The notes beneath the pieces were generated by a model. The model had not been told where the DNA came from, ran no database searches, and saw only the letters and a program-made list of their open reading frames with translations. A DNA stretch of 64,000 nt from an uncultured delta proteobacterium (GTDB lineage: Bacteria > Desulfobacterota > Binatia > UBA9968): NCBI GenBank assembly GCA_963847445.1, contig CAWJZV010000014.1, forward strand, positions 232,173-296,172, read 5' to 3'. This document shows, one piece after another, positions 25,124 through 36,958 of the stretch (position 1 is the first letter of the stretch; the number at the start of each line of letters is the position of its first letter). The translations under genes were made by a program, and so were the position numbers.

Positions 25124-26293
25124 CTATTGGTTGACGGCGAGCGGCGAGCGATCGTAGTCGCCCAGTTTAATGGATTCCGAGAGATGGGTATCGATGAACG
25201 GATTATTCGCCGGATCGCGCACAACGCCCAGGGGGTCTAGACCCTGTTGCACCTTTTTTCATCTCGCGAAACATTACCGCGCGCAGCAGAATCACACCGC
25301 GGTCCGAGCTGGCCAGCCGCTCCGCAGTCCGGTCGCAAATAGATCCCCTGAGTTTTTCCATGCCATATGGTCCTGCGCCTGCACCGAATCCATGCGAAAG
25401 CGCGTAAACGGATGGAGCACGTCGGGCGGGTTCTTGTAAGGCTTAAGGTACTCCACCGGCGGCTCGTCGTTCTCGACAATCTCGCCGTTCTCAGTGGGAT
25501 AAAAACGCACAAAATAGATTTTCGTATGGGTGTCGTCCCAATTGGCACACGGATCTGACCCACATTGCCCTGGCGTAATATGTTCGGGAAGATCACCGGA
25601 TGCTCGTCGGTATCATGCCGTTTTTGTAGGTCCGCCGTTTCATCAGGCCGTAGGGAACTTCGGCGAATCAGAACTGGGCGACATCGTCGGTAGTCCGCGC
25701 GTGCTGTCGTGGACTTCTCGGCCAGGATTGGCGGTATTCTGATGGAGAATTTGCAAATGCGCCGGGTCCATGGAATTTTCCATAGGCTGAAACCAGTTGG
25801 CGTCGAGCTGCGGTTGGATGAACACCTTGCGGCGGCCGTCTTTGCGAAACCACACGTCGAAGTTAACGATTAGCGGCGCCGGCAGCGGACCGAGATAGGC
25901 CCAGTAAAGCCCAACCAGTTTTTGCACCGGATAAGATCTCTGTTTGACGGTGCGAAAAATTTGCTATCGCAGGGCTCCGCCGGAGTCTCTAAACGGTAGC
26001 CTTGGTGTCGTACAACCAGCCATGATACGCACAGGCGATACCGCGCGCTTCGACCCGGCCATAAGACAAGGACACGCCGCGATGGGGGCAACGGTCGTCG
26101 AGCAAGCCGACATTGCCGCTCTTGTCGCGGAACAACACCAAGGTCTCGCCCAGGATGCGCACCACTGGGTTGGATTCTCCGCCGTAAGCTCGCTCGCCAC
26201 GCCTACGGGCAACCAATAGCGGCGCAGCAACTCGCCCGCCGGCGTGCCCGGCCCGACTCGGGTCAACATATCGTTTTCTGCTCTCGTCAGCAT
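25124..26293 (-). pseudogene. Rieske aromatic oxygenase alpha subunit (phthalate 4,5-dioxygenase-like), heavily disrupted
   Basis: MLTRAENDMLTRVGPGTPAGELLRRYW, CPHRG...CAYHGW, ENSMDPAHLQILH and QDHMAW spread over many frames with stops. Confidence 0.8.
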
Positions 26294-26589
26294 TGCCTTG
26301 CTCCTAGGTTTACTAATTCGGCTTATCTTCTAGCCGCTTTGTCGGCGCGTCGTCGACAAACTTCAATGCTGTGTCGATCATCGACGTAAATATTAGCCAA
26401 GGAATCGCCTACTACGCAAGTCCTATTGATAAAAAAGCTTGCAAAATCAATAAGTTAAATTACGTATGGAATTTTAATGTATTAACGATCGAACGGAGAC
26501 GGAACGGCAAAAATGGCTGCTGATTGCCAAGCAGTTAGGATAAGTGGTTGGAACCAGCGAAATGGTTAGGAGACCGCACCTATGGGCGC

Positions 26590-27737
26590 TTAGGCGTACA
26601 GACCGATGCGTTCATTGATGACGCCAAGATCGATGAGTTGGTTCTTGGCCGGGTCGCGGATCACGCCGAGCGGGTCGAAACCCTGCTGCACTCGCTCGAT
26701 CTGCTCTCTGAGAAGCTTACGCAGCTCGATGACCCCCTCATCACCGACACCGAGATGCTCGGTGGCACGATCGGTAAGCTCGCCTTGAGTTTCCCATGCC
26801 ATGGAATCCTGTGCCGACACCATGTCCATACGGTATTTGCGCGGCGCGGTTTTAAGCGGCGTGAACCGATACGGCACCGGCGTACCGGCCGGCGAACTCT
26901 CAGTCTCGGATGGCACAAAGTTGGCGCGAAACACTTGCGTATGGTGATCGTCCACCGGCACGCGTATCTGCAGATTGTGCCGCACCGACTTGCCGTCGTC
27001 GAACGGCGCGACATGGCGCAGCACCGTCGGAAACAACAACGGGTGCTCGTCGACCTCGGGCTTGCTGCCGGTGGCGAGAGCTAACGTCGTGCGGCGTTTT
27101 TTGATGCCGTATTCGAAACGGATGAATTCATGCCGCTCGGAATACTTTTTCACCCGCGGCGCCAAGTGCGCCGTGTCGCCATGAAGCCAGAACAGATGCG
27201 ATGGGTCGACGGAGTTTTCCATCGGTTGCAGCCAATTGCACTCGATGATCGATTCTTTGACGATCCACCGCTTGCCATGTTCCCAGACCAAAACATCCCA
27301 GCGGGGCAACAGCGGCGCCGGCGCGGGACCGAGGTAGGCGTAAATCAGTCCGCCCAAGTATTGCACCGGGATAGGCGACCTGTTTGATGCGATCTTTGAA
27401 GGTGTTGTCGGCCGGGTTCCGCCGGCTGCTCCAGACATTTCCCCGTGCCGTCGAACTTCCAGCCATGATAGGGGCAGCGAATGCCTTGTTCATCGACTCG
27501 GCCGTAGGCGAGGGATGCCAAACGATGCGGACAGTGCTCGCCGACCAATCCGTAGTTGCCCGAGCGGTCGCGGTAGACCACCAATTCCTCGCCGAGAATC
27601 TTGACGGCGCGTATCGGCTTATCGTCGGTCAATTCGGCGGACGCGGCGACCGGATGCCAATAACGCCGCAACAATTCGCCGCACGGCGTGCCCCGGCCAA
27701 CTTGCGTCAGCAGTATGTTTTCGTCATGGGTCAGCAT
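26590..27737 (-). CDS. Rieske aromatic oxygenase alpha subunit (frameshifts near 27360-27420)
   Basis: CPHRLASL...CPYHGW, ENSVDPSHLFWLH, QDSMAWETQG. Confidence 0.9.
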
Positions 27738-27919
27738 ACTAGGTTTTCACCAGCGCAAACCACGTCCGCCGATCCGCCATCCGCGATTTTCAATCCTCGA
27801 CAAGATTCTAAGCCGAGCCGTGCGCTGCAACTCATGATACGGTGAATCTTGCGCGCTTCGTCCAGGCGCAGCGGAACTCATGCCATCGAATCTTTTTGCA
27901 CGCTTCTACGACCGGGTTA

Positions 27920-28045
27920 AATCAACCGGGCATTTCGCGATCGGGGTATGAGCCCCGCTCGCGACCAAAGGGGATGTTCAACCCCCTTTGGAAACCCCAA
28001 AAGTCAACCTCCGTGCCCGCAGCAAGCTGCGGGGAATATTAGATT
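27920..28045. repeat. ~125-bp multi-hairpin dispersed element, copy 1
   Basis: Near-identical to 40962-41082; three hairpins. Confidence 0.9.
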
Positions 28046-28051
28046 TAACTT

Positions 28052-28720
28052 TTACTCCTGCTTCTTGTTGAGCATCTGCTCGTATCCAAGCCTCTCCAAC
28101 ATTTCGCGGCCCGAATAACCCTTGCGGATACCGGCGGCCATTTCTTGTTCCTTGGCGTAAATCCCCTCGGCGGCAGCGACCACTTCTTGCTCTTTTTCCC
28201 TGGGAATAATGATGATGCCGCTGCCGTCGGCGAGAACCAGATCGCCGGGACGGCATTGCACGCCGGCGAACTGAATTTCTTGATTGTAAGATTCCTGGAC
28301 CACGCGATTGCGCGCCGTCATCGGCACCACGCCGCGGGCGTACACCGGGAACTCCAAATCGCGCGCCTCGTCGATGTCGCGCGACGCGCCGTCGATGACC
28401 ACGCCGCTCAGGCCCTTGAGCTTGGCCGACAGCGCCAGCAGACCACCCCAACAGGAGAACTCCAGCTTGCCGCCGTTATCGATGACGATGACATCGCCCG
28501 GCTGCGCCGCTTCAATCGGCGCCGTGCCCAAATGCTGCGTCGGCTGCTGCAAGCCTGCCGGCTTGATCTTCATCGTCACCGCCCGGCCGGCGATTTTCGG
28601 GCACGGCCACTGCGGCCGCACGCCCCAGGTCGCCCCCTTGAGACTCAAACTGTCCAACGCATCCGACACCGCGCAGGTGTCGAGCTTGATCAGTCTTTCG
28701 ATTATCGGCTCACGTGCCAT
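28052..28720 (-). CDS. RraA family / HMG aldolase (LigK-like)
   Basis: TCAVSDALD, WGGLL, DGASRDIDE, GDLVLADGSG. Confidence 0.88.
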   Translation of the reverse strand: MAREPIIERLIKLDTCAVSDALDSLSLKGATWGVRPQWPCPKIAGRAVTMKIKPAGLQQPTQHLGTAPIEAAQPGDVIVIDNGGKLEFSCWGGLLALSAKLKGLSGVVIDGASRDIDEARDLEFPVYARGVVPMTARNRVVQESYNQEIQFAGVQCRPGDLVLADGSGIIIIPREKEQEVVAAAEGIYAKEQEMAAGIRKGYSGREMLERLGYEQMLNKKQE

Positions 28721-28818
28721 GACAACTCCACCAGCCAATTTCTGCTACTGACGCGTTTTAGCGCCTTGAATCCGATTTAACTTTGAACTTTTGAACCTGG
28801 AACCTTGCAACCAGTCTT

Positions 28819-29776
28819 TTACTGCCAGTACGCGAAGCCCATCCCGCAGCCGGTCGCCGCCGGCGAGCGATAGGTCGTGACATATTCGAGATATTTCAGA
28901 TCGCGATGCTCCATCGCGCCGGCGAGCGCCACCCAGTTGAGAATCTCCGACGTGCCGCCGGTCAATTTTTGCCGCGGCAACTGAAACAGCACTTCCGGCT
29001 TCTTATTTTTCAGTCCGTCGATCACCATGGCGTCGATTTCTTCGTCGATCACCACATGGCTCAGCCCGCCCGACGCCAACAGCGCCACGCGCTTGGTGCT
29101 ATCCCATGACTCGATGGCTTTGCGCACCGCCTGGCCAAAGGCGTAGCAGCGCTTCGGCGTCGGCTGGTTCGGCGGATAGTAGGTGTTCACCATCACCGGC
29201 ACCATCGGCAGCTTGGTTCCCGGTAGAATGCGCCGATAGAGAAAACTGAAACGCATGGCCGACGCCGATCTCGGCGCGCAGTTTGTTGCAGCGCGTGATG
29301 TCGAACTCCGCGTCGGTGAGACCGCGAATCAAATGATCCGCCAAGTCGGATGCGGTCTCGTATTCCGGCGCGGTTTCCGCCCAGCCCTGCTCTTCGGCAT
29401 TTTTCCATGCCGCCGGCCGCAGGTTGTTATGCTTCACCACCGGCAAGCCCTTGCCGTGGTAGATCGCGAACATCGGCATGTTGTCGTCGTGAAACTGTTC
29501 CTGCTGATCGTCGCCGAAAACCACCACGACATCGGCGTTGGCCTTTTGCAATGCGTCGCCTAGAGTTTTAATCGCCTTCAGACAAGCTTCATCGCGCTCG
29601 TGAAACTTCTCCGGTGTGAGCTTCGCCGCCAATCCGGGCTTCGCCTTCGCCAGCAAACCTTGGTAGTCGAGCCGCGGATCGGTCTGATCCTTTTTAAGCA
29701 GATGATCCCAGTCCTTGGCCCGGATGCTCAACTGCGGACTATGCGATGTGCCGATGCCGATAACGATCTCTGCCAT
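28819..29776 (-). CDS. LigB-family (class III) extradiol dioxygenase (frameshift near 29250)
   Basis: GIGTSHSP, GDDQ, GVGHAF, ASGGLSH, GTSEILNW. Confidence 0.88.
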
Positions 29777-30020
29777 AAATTTTCTCCTCCCTGGCCATCG
29801 GGCCATTGAACCGGTCGCGCAGCTCGGAATGTGTCATTGATCTACAAGCAAACTTCCGTCTCTGTCAAGCAACACAACATTCCGGACTCGTTTGTTTCAT
29901 GGTTTTGCGTCTTTGCGTTAACGTCCTGATTCTTTTTTGCGTTCTTCGCGGCAAGACTTTCTTGCTTGACGATTGCCCAGCGCTTGCCGTAACAATTACC
30001 CAAAAGCTTGGAGGTGACCC

Positions 30021-31114
30021 ATGGCGGCAACCAGCCGAGGCGCGACATTACTGGGACCGGATAAATTGGAAATCGAGGGAATATCCCATCCCTGACATTG
30101 GCGCCGACGGCGGCCTGGTCAAAGTCGAAATGGGCGGCGTCTGCGGTTCCGATTTCAAGTATCTCCACGGTGGCAAGAACGGCTTGCCCTACCCGCTCAT
30201 CCTCGGCCACGAGATTTTGGGCCGTGTGCGAAAAACTCGGCAAGGAAGCGGCAGCGATCCACGGCATCAAAGAAGGCGACCGCATCATCATGAAAGGCGC
30301 TAAGGGCTGCGGCCGCTGCGCCCACTGCCGGCGCGGCGCGGCGCGCTTTTGCAAAGCGCGTATCGGCTACGGCGGCCAGACTACCTGCGCCAACCCGCCC
30401 CATCTATTCGGCGGCTTCGCCGACTATCTTTATCTTGTGCCCGATATTCTCGTCACCAAAGTCAGTAACGACCTGCCGGCCGAAGCGGCGGTGCTCATCG
30501 GCGCCGTCATGGCCAACGGATTTCAATGGGCGGTGCGCCAAGGCGGCGTCAAGATGGGCGATAGCGTGCTGATTCAGGGGCCGGGCCAGCAAGGCCTCGC
30601 CTGCACGTTCGCGGCGAAGATGGCTGGCGCCGCCAAGATATTCGTCACCGGATTAAGTCGCGACGCCGAACGTTTGGAGGTCGCCAAAAAATTTGGCGCT
30701 ACGCGGACGATCGATGTCGAGAAGGAAAATGTCCTTGAAGTCATTCGCGCAGAAACCGACGGCGAGCTGGTCGACGTCGCGGTCGATGTTTCCGGCAACG
30801 TCCAGGCGATCCGCACTTCGGTGGAATGCGTGCGCACCCTCGGCACACTCGTCGTCGGCGGCCTGACGCGAGACGGCATCGACGTGCCGTTGAACGTGAA
30901 TCTAATCGTCCGCCGGCAAATCCGTTTCCAAGGCGCCTTCACCACCGACAACGACGCCACCGAGATCGCCATGAACGCCATCCAAGCGAGCAAGTTCCCC
31001 GTCCAGCAAATGGTCACCCACACTTTTCCGCTCGATGAGACCGAAAAATGCATCCGCGCCGTCGGCGGCGAGATCGAAGGACTGTATCCGGTGAAGGCGT
31101 TGATCAAACCGTAA
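30021..31114 (+). CDS. Zn-dependent (MDR) alcohol dehydrogenase (two 5' frameshifts)
   Basis: GVCGSD, LGHE, CGRCAHC...C, GPGQQG; GGAGG RBS before ATG 30021. Confidence 0.88.
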
Positions 31115-31249
31115 CGCGTCTGCGGTGGGTGCGGCGGTCCGGCCCGAGGGGGCAAGCTGAATTTGGCGCGCGGGAAATTTCAGACCTATCGTTCGAGTAT
31201 GGATGTGTCGACGCCCTCGTTTGAGTTTGCTTCCGATACTGCGGCCAGG

Positions 31250-31830
31250 GCGGCGGGATGCGCAAGCTGGGACTTTGCTGAGTTCGATTGCCGGCGGCGC
31301 GAACGCAGCCATGCGACTATTCGCCGCGAGATGTCCGCCTAACGCTTGGGCTTGCTGATTAAAGACCGACACCATTCCCCGTATGCCGTCGCGCAAGCGA
31401 TTCACTTCGGCGGTAAGCGCGTTTACTTCGGAAACCCGGCTTGCCAAAGTTTCGTCCTTGGATTTTACCTCGGTCTTCAGTTCACTGACTGTCGCGGTCA
31501 ATTCGCCGTTCGAGTGCTTGACTGGCCAACCTCCTTTCTCTCAAGGAGATCCCTTGTCTCTTTCAACCTGGTGTCGAGCGCGCTGATTTCACCGTTGAGT
31601 TTCTCGATGGTTCGGGCGGCCTGCTGGCTGTCATTGGTCGCTGCCGTGTCAGCCTCTGCCGCGGCTAACCTTAATCTACCGACGCGCTCGTCAAGTAGTT
31701 TTTCAAACTCCACTAACTCCTTGCGCAGGCTGGTAGCGGTACCGCGAATTATCCCATCGGGTAGAGGGGCGTTACTCGGCTCGAAAGGGTTTGCTCCCAC
31801 CTCGTTAAGGGCATCATAGATTTTGCTCAT
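31250..31830 (-). CDS. Coiled-coil hypothetical protein (frameshift near 31520; 3' end uncertain)
   Basis: MSKIYDALNE start with GGAGG RBS; heptad-rich sequence continues in ORF 30902..31501. Confidence 0.5.
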
Positions 31831-32358
31831 ATTGCCTCCGGTGCGGCCATGCTTTTGTCACAACTCGTCTGGTTAGTTTGCTCGCGTTTGGCCAGATTCA
31901 GCCGGAGAAAGCATATCCTATGCCGACACCGGAGCCCGGGATTAACCTATCGAAAACTAACGATCTTGTTAGCGAAGGTTGATTTCAGAGATAACAATTC
32001 TGGACAAATCTCGACTCGAATGCAGTGCCGCTAGCGCGCGCAACGACAGCGGTGTTGACCGATCTCAGTGGCGGCGGCGGCCGTAATAGGCGCGGGGTAC
32101 AATCCAGAGCGACAGAGCGTGGCAATCCGTTTGGGCGGACCTGACGCAACTTCTCTTCGGCTGAAATGGTAATCATCAAGGTGAATCAACCGCGACGTGA
32201 CCGTGATCTAGGTGTAGCGACTCACACTGCGCGACAAACATCGACAGGGTTTTTTTGGCCGGCGGATCCTGATAGAAATAGCACTGGCCATTGATCGACG
32301 AGCGTCGTACAGCGATTATTTACGATTAACCGTCTGCGGTGAGTGAGAGGGCAAGCCG

Positions 32359-34407
32359 ATGAAAACCAAACTTTGCGATGCGCTAAAGTTGGCATTTTCT
32401 CGATTTCTTCTGGGAGCCTTAGGAATATGGTGCACCCTCGGCCCAATCCTGCTCATGACCGCCTCCGATTCAGCGGGTCAGGAACTAAAGGTTCTCTTGG
32501 TTCTTTTACTTGCCCCATGTTACGCCATCGTGCTCGTCATCTGCTGGCGTGCCAGATGGGACGCCCTTAGAGAGCTTGCGTCGGAAACCAGGCTCGCCAT
32601 GTGCTTCATGCTCGCCGGCTTATTGCTAAGCGAAATGACCGGGATCTTCCTGGCAGCCAAACATAAGCTCGTGCCCGTGTATGTCTACGTCGGTTTTTTA
32701 CTCACCGAACTGGCAAAATCACAACGATTCATCAAAGCGTGCAGCGAATATTTACGCGCGCACACGACCCGTTCCAATGGGGCCTTTATTAAGAACGCTC
32801 TCGCTGAACCGCAGTCGCCGGGAGAGCTGCCCGCTCACATCGACGAACTCGCGCACCAGAACGCCGAGCATTCCGACCGGCCGGCGGAAAGCCAAAGAAC
32901 GTTAGCCGAATACGAGCAGCAAAAGGGTAGTTTGATGAGTGCGCAAATAGAGATCCGGCAGCTGCGCGAAATCATCGACAATCTCGGAAACCAGCTCCAA
33001 GCAAGCCAGAGCGATTTCACACAAATGACGGCCAGATATCACGAAGCCGATGGTGTCAATGAGACGTTGCAAAGCACCGTCGCGGCGTTGAATCGAAATC
33101 TCGCGGAACGAGATAATCGGATAGCAACACTCCAGAGCGCCGCACAAGAAGCGGCGAGAATACAAATTGAAAATCAACGACTCCGCGTTGAAAATCAGGG
33201 ATTACGCGATGAAGCGACTGGCCAACGACTCCAACTCAATGCGCGAGACACGCAGTTGCGGGAATTGGCCCGCCAGAATCTCGAGGGTGCCGATCGTCAC
33301 GAGCGTCTTGAAACGGCAGTCAACGACCTTCACCGACGGCTCAAAGACAACCAGTCAAGGGAACAAGAACTAGCAGCGGCGCGCCAACAACTAGCCAGCC
33401 TCGAAGAACGCGAAAACTATCATAGCAAGCAAATACCGCAGTTGGAGGCGCGACTCGCAGACATGGAGCGCGAAATCACCGCCGCCAAAAACCAAGCCCA
33501 AGTGCTTGATGATGCGCGTCGGCGCTTGAGCGACACCCAGCAAATCTGTCAGGAACTGGCCGATGAGAATCGCCGGCTATGGCAAGAAGTTTCGCGATGG
33601 CAGGAAGGCTTCGCTGTTAGCGTGGCAACTCGCGTCGCATCTGACTCCAAGGACATAAAGGTTGTACAAACCCGAGCAAATGGCGGCGCCGAATTTTCCG
33701 TGGATTGGCACAGTTTGTTGCCCACCAAGAGCGACGAACACATGCCAGCCGAAACCTCCATCTGGGAAACGACATCACCGCATAAAGGCTTGCAGAGAAC
33801 CCGAGGCGAACACCGGCAACTTAGTTCAGGAGATTCGCCAGCGGGAGTCTCCATGGAAACAGAACAAGATACGAATTGGCGGGCCTTGAAGTCAGTCAAG
33901 CAACAATGGCACTTCGGAGCCCTCGCCGCCTCCGTGGTTGCGGTCGCTGGCGCAGTCGCCCTGGGAATGTTGGGAAACAGAATTTCACCGCCAAAAGAGG
34001 CGACGGTGGCGATCACAAGCAGCTCTCAGGAATATCCAGTTGAAGCTGCCTCGAAACCCCAAAGCGAACCTGAGCCGCGACCGCAAGGCGCCGTTTCGCC
34101 AACAAACACCTCCCCGGAATATCGGGCTCAAGCTGTCGCAAAGCCCCAGAGCAAACCAGCGCCGCAACAACGTGGCGTCGTTCAAACCGTTCGTCCAACG
34201 CCAAGACGCGGGACATTTGAAACCGTTCTTGCAACCCAAGTTTACGACGGACCAAGTGAGAACGCAGCGCTGGTCGCCTCGATCCAGGCCGGGATGAAAG
34301 TCAATGTTGTAAACTCTAGCCGCGGTTGGTTAGAGATTCGCTCCAGATACGGACGCCCGCCCGGCTTCATTCGTCAAGATACAGCGGTCATGGTTGCCCA
34401 GAACTAA
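32359..34407 (+). CDS. Membrane protein with long coiled coil and C-terminal SH3b-like domain
   Basis: N-terminal TMs, about 250 aa coiled coil, TM, Pro-rich repeats, VYDGPSENAALVASI...VNVV...GWLEI...GFI. Confidence 0.65.
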   Translation: MKTKLCDALKLAFSRFLLGALGIWCTLGPILLMTASDSAGQELKVLLVLLLAPCYAIVLVICWRARWDALRELASETRLAMCFMLAGLLLSEMTGIFLAAKHKLVPVYVYVGFLLTELAKSQRFIKACSEYLRAHTTRSNGAFIKNALAEPQSPGELPAHIDELAHQNAEHSDRPAESQRTLAEYEQQKGSLMSAQIEIRQLREIIDNLGNQLQASQSDFTQMTARYHEADGVNETLQSTVAALNRNLAERDNRIATLQSAAQEAARIQIENQRLRVENQGLRDEATGQRLQLNARDTQLRELARQNLEGADRHERLETAVNDLHRRLKDNQSREQELAAARQQLASLEERENYHSKQIPQLEARLADMEREITAAKNQAQVLDDARRRLSDTQQICQELADENRRLWQEVSRWQEGFAVSVATRVASDSKDIKVVQTRANGGAEFSVDWHSLLPTKSDEHMPAETSIWETTSPHKGLQRTRGEHRQLSSGDSPAGVSMETEQDTNWRALKSVKQQWHFGALAASVVAVAGAVALGMLGNRISPPKEATVAITSSSQEYPVEAASKPQSEPEPRPQGAVSPTNTSPEYRAQAVAKPQSKPAPQQRGVVQTVRPTPRRGTFETVLATQVYDGPSENAALVASIQAGMKVNVVNSSRGWLEIRSRYGRPPGFIRQDTAVMVAQN

Positions 34408-34562
34408 CATGCGCACGGCAACAAACACCTACGTTCGGCGTCGCCCGCGATTGCTTGGCCGGCAATCATGTAATGATCATGATCTTCGCCCTCACTGATC
34501 AACCGCGAAACAGTCAGAAGAACATGATCAAGAGTCTTCACCCGATCGAAATCTTTCCCGGC

Positions 34563-34589
34563 GTAAGGGCGCAGCATGCTGCGCCCTAC
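34563..34589. repeat. REP-like palindrome (GTAG family)
   Basis: gtaagggcgcagcatgctgcgccctac; related palindromes at 35728-35750, 36980-37006 and 42590-42612. Confidence 0.7.
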
Positions 34590-34636
34590 CAAATACGCAC
34601 CCTATTTGAAACGATCACGAACCACTAAAACCATTC

Positions 34637-35663
34637 CTATTTCTTCTTCGGCAAAAGAATATCCTTTAATCGCGCCACGGTCGCCGGTTTCAGATCGTAG
34701 AGGCCGGACAAGGTCTTCGCGATCGTCGGCCCGTCCACTGGACCGATATCAAGCTGGGATCGTTTTGCTTCGGCGATGAGATCTGGATCTTTAAAGCTTC
34801 GGATAAACGCTCGTTGCAATAGCTCCAGCCGATCCTTGGCCATTCCGGGCGGCACCGAGAAGGGAAACTGCGCGCCATGGACATCGTCGGCGATCTTCAG
34901 CAGCTCGCGTGACTCTTCGGTCTTGGCGAAACTCATCGCCACCGGAATTTGTTTGTACTTGGGATTGGGCTTCAGCGTCGCTTGTAGCACCGGGATGATT
35001 TTCTTGCTGTCGTAGGCGCTGCGCCACACCGTCTCCACCGTCCCCCAGGAGCCGCAGTAACCGTCGACTTCGCCGGACTCCACGGCGAGACGCGCGTCCG
35101 CGCCGCCCTTGTAACCATCGATCACGTCCATCGGCAGATTGAGCGCGACTTTGAGCAAGTTTAGGAATGTCGGAGGTACTGGTACCGGGACCGATGGTGG
35201 AAATTTTTTGCGGCCGTTTGGCGTTGACCCAATCGTCCATCTTGGTGATGCCGCTCTTCTGGTTGAAGGTGCACACGGTATCGTACTCGGATGGAATGCC
35301 GAGATAGCCGAAGCGCCTGCCGTCGAACTGCGCCGCCTCATTGCCCATGATATGCTGCAACACCAGCGGCGACGCCCAGGCGCCAATGGTCAAACCGTCG
35401 GGCTTGACGCGATTGTACAGATGATTGGCCGCGATCATGCCGCCGGCGCCGGTCATGTTCTCGACGATGCGCGTCGGATTGCCCGGCAAGTAGCGGCCGA
35501 CGTAACGCGCCAGCACCCGCGCATAAAGATCGAACGAGCCGCCCGGCGAGTAGCCAACGATGATCGTCAACGTCTTGTCCTTGTACTCCTGCGCTCCGAC
35601 GGCTGACTGACTGACAATGATAACAACGCCGGCCAGCGCCAACGCGCGTAACCACTTGTTCAT
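34637..35663 (-). CDS. Tripartite tricarboxylate transporter substrate-binding protein (TctC/Bug-like; frameshift near 35160)
   Basis: IVGYSPGGSFDLYAR, VENMTGAGG, KPDGLTI, GYKGGADARLAVESGEVDG. Confidence 0.88.
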
Positions 35664-35823
35664 AAAATCTCCTCGTGATTAGAAACTTGGTGCTTCAGGC
35701 TTCTTGTGGATGGGTCATAAAGCCAAGAGGGCGGGTTTAAAACCCGCCCTTTGTACAACTCCGATTCCTTTTTGCGCCCTTTGCGTTCTTTGCGGCCATT
35801 CTTCTTCGAAGGAGCCAGAAACT

Positions 35824-36427
35824 TTAGCCGCGGCCGACGAAGGTCATCGCTCTTTCCTCGGTGCGCTCGAGATATCTGACGAAGGTGTACTTATTTTCCG
35901 CGAGATCGGTGTTGGGACGGGGAATCTCGCGATGCAGCAAGCTCTCTTCGACCTTGCAGACAAAGAAGCCCAACTCGCTTTTGCTCAACGCGTCGATACC
36001 CGATTTCTTGAATTCCTCGAAGTCACGGATCGTTTGCGCACTCTCGATCCCCGCGCCCTTGGCCATGGCGGCCAAATCCGTGTTGCCGGAGGTCGCGCTG
36101 GGATAGCTGATGCGGCTGCCGCTGTAAACGCCGTTGTCGAACACATAGACGACTAGAGTTTTTCGGCCGCAAGTTGCCCAGCGTGGCCAAGTTGAACAGG
36201 GAAAGCAGCACGCTGCCGTCGGAGTCGAGGGCGATCACTTTTCGGTGCGGCAGCGCCAACGCCAACCCGGTGGCCACGCCGATGGCGCAGCCCATCATGC
36301 CGACCAGCAGATTGCCTTCATGGCGCGACAGATGCGACCACTCGATGCGCTGGCCGCTTTGCGAGGTCACGACCAATTGATCGGTCATCTTAGTGGCCAA
36401 GAGCTGCAAACATTCATAGCGAATCAT
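35824..36427 (-). CDS. TPP-dependent decarboxylase beta subunit (ComE/phosphonopyruvate-decarboxylase-like), copy 1 (frameshift near 36160)
   Basis: GMMG, DSDGSVLL...FDNGVY TPP-binding motif variant. Confidence 0.82.
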
Positions 36428-36930
36428 TCGGAAAACTCCCCGGCGAACAACAGCGCGTAGGGACCGCGCAATGAATTTGCCGCCCGCACCGCGTCTTTGA
36501 TTTTGATCTCAAGCTTCGCGCCATCCTCGAGTAGCATATGGTCGATGCCTAAACCGTCGAGCACGGGGATCGAATGTTTGCCGATGGTGGCGTAGAGAAA
36601 ACTGTTGCGCCAATCCGGCACGCCGCCGAGGTAAGCGATCACCAGCAACAGCGGCACGCCCAATTGCTTGCCCACCGTTACCAATGGGTAACAGGACGTA
36701 TAGATGCCGGTGTTTTCCATATACACCGCGGCCTGCTTGCCGCCGAGCGTCGCTCCGGCAGCGATGGTGATCGCCTCTGATTCGTTGGCCACCGCGATCA
36801 GTTCCATGTCCGGGTCATCGCGAATCAGCGGCACGATCTGGCTCAAACGAGTCTCCGGCAAATAGGTTACGAAATTAATCCCAGCGTCTTTGAGACTCTG
36901 AACCAGTCTTTTGGCAAGTTCGTCTTTCAT
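36424..36930 (-). CDS. TPP-dependent decarboxylase alpha subunit (ComD-like), copy 1
   Basis: YLPETRL, ANESEAITIAAGATLGG, YMENTG; overlaps the beta start. Confidence 0.82.
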   Translation of the reverse strand: MKDELAKRLVQSLKDAGINFVTYLPETRLSQIVPLIRDDPDMELIAVANESEAITIAAGATLGGKQAAVYMENTGIYTSCYPLVTVGKQLGVPLLLVIAYLGGVPDWRNSFLYATIGKHSIPVLDGLGIDHMLLEDGAKLEIKIKDAVRAANSLRGPYALLFAGEFSE

Positions 36931-36958
36931 AGATGGTAGTCTGAATTAGCAGGGAAAA

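Noticed and set aside
25985-25995. In-frame TAG in the Rieske gene as pyrrolysine or read-through
   Set aside because: It arises from a local frameshift (expected GxCLETPAEP) in a multiply disrupted gene
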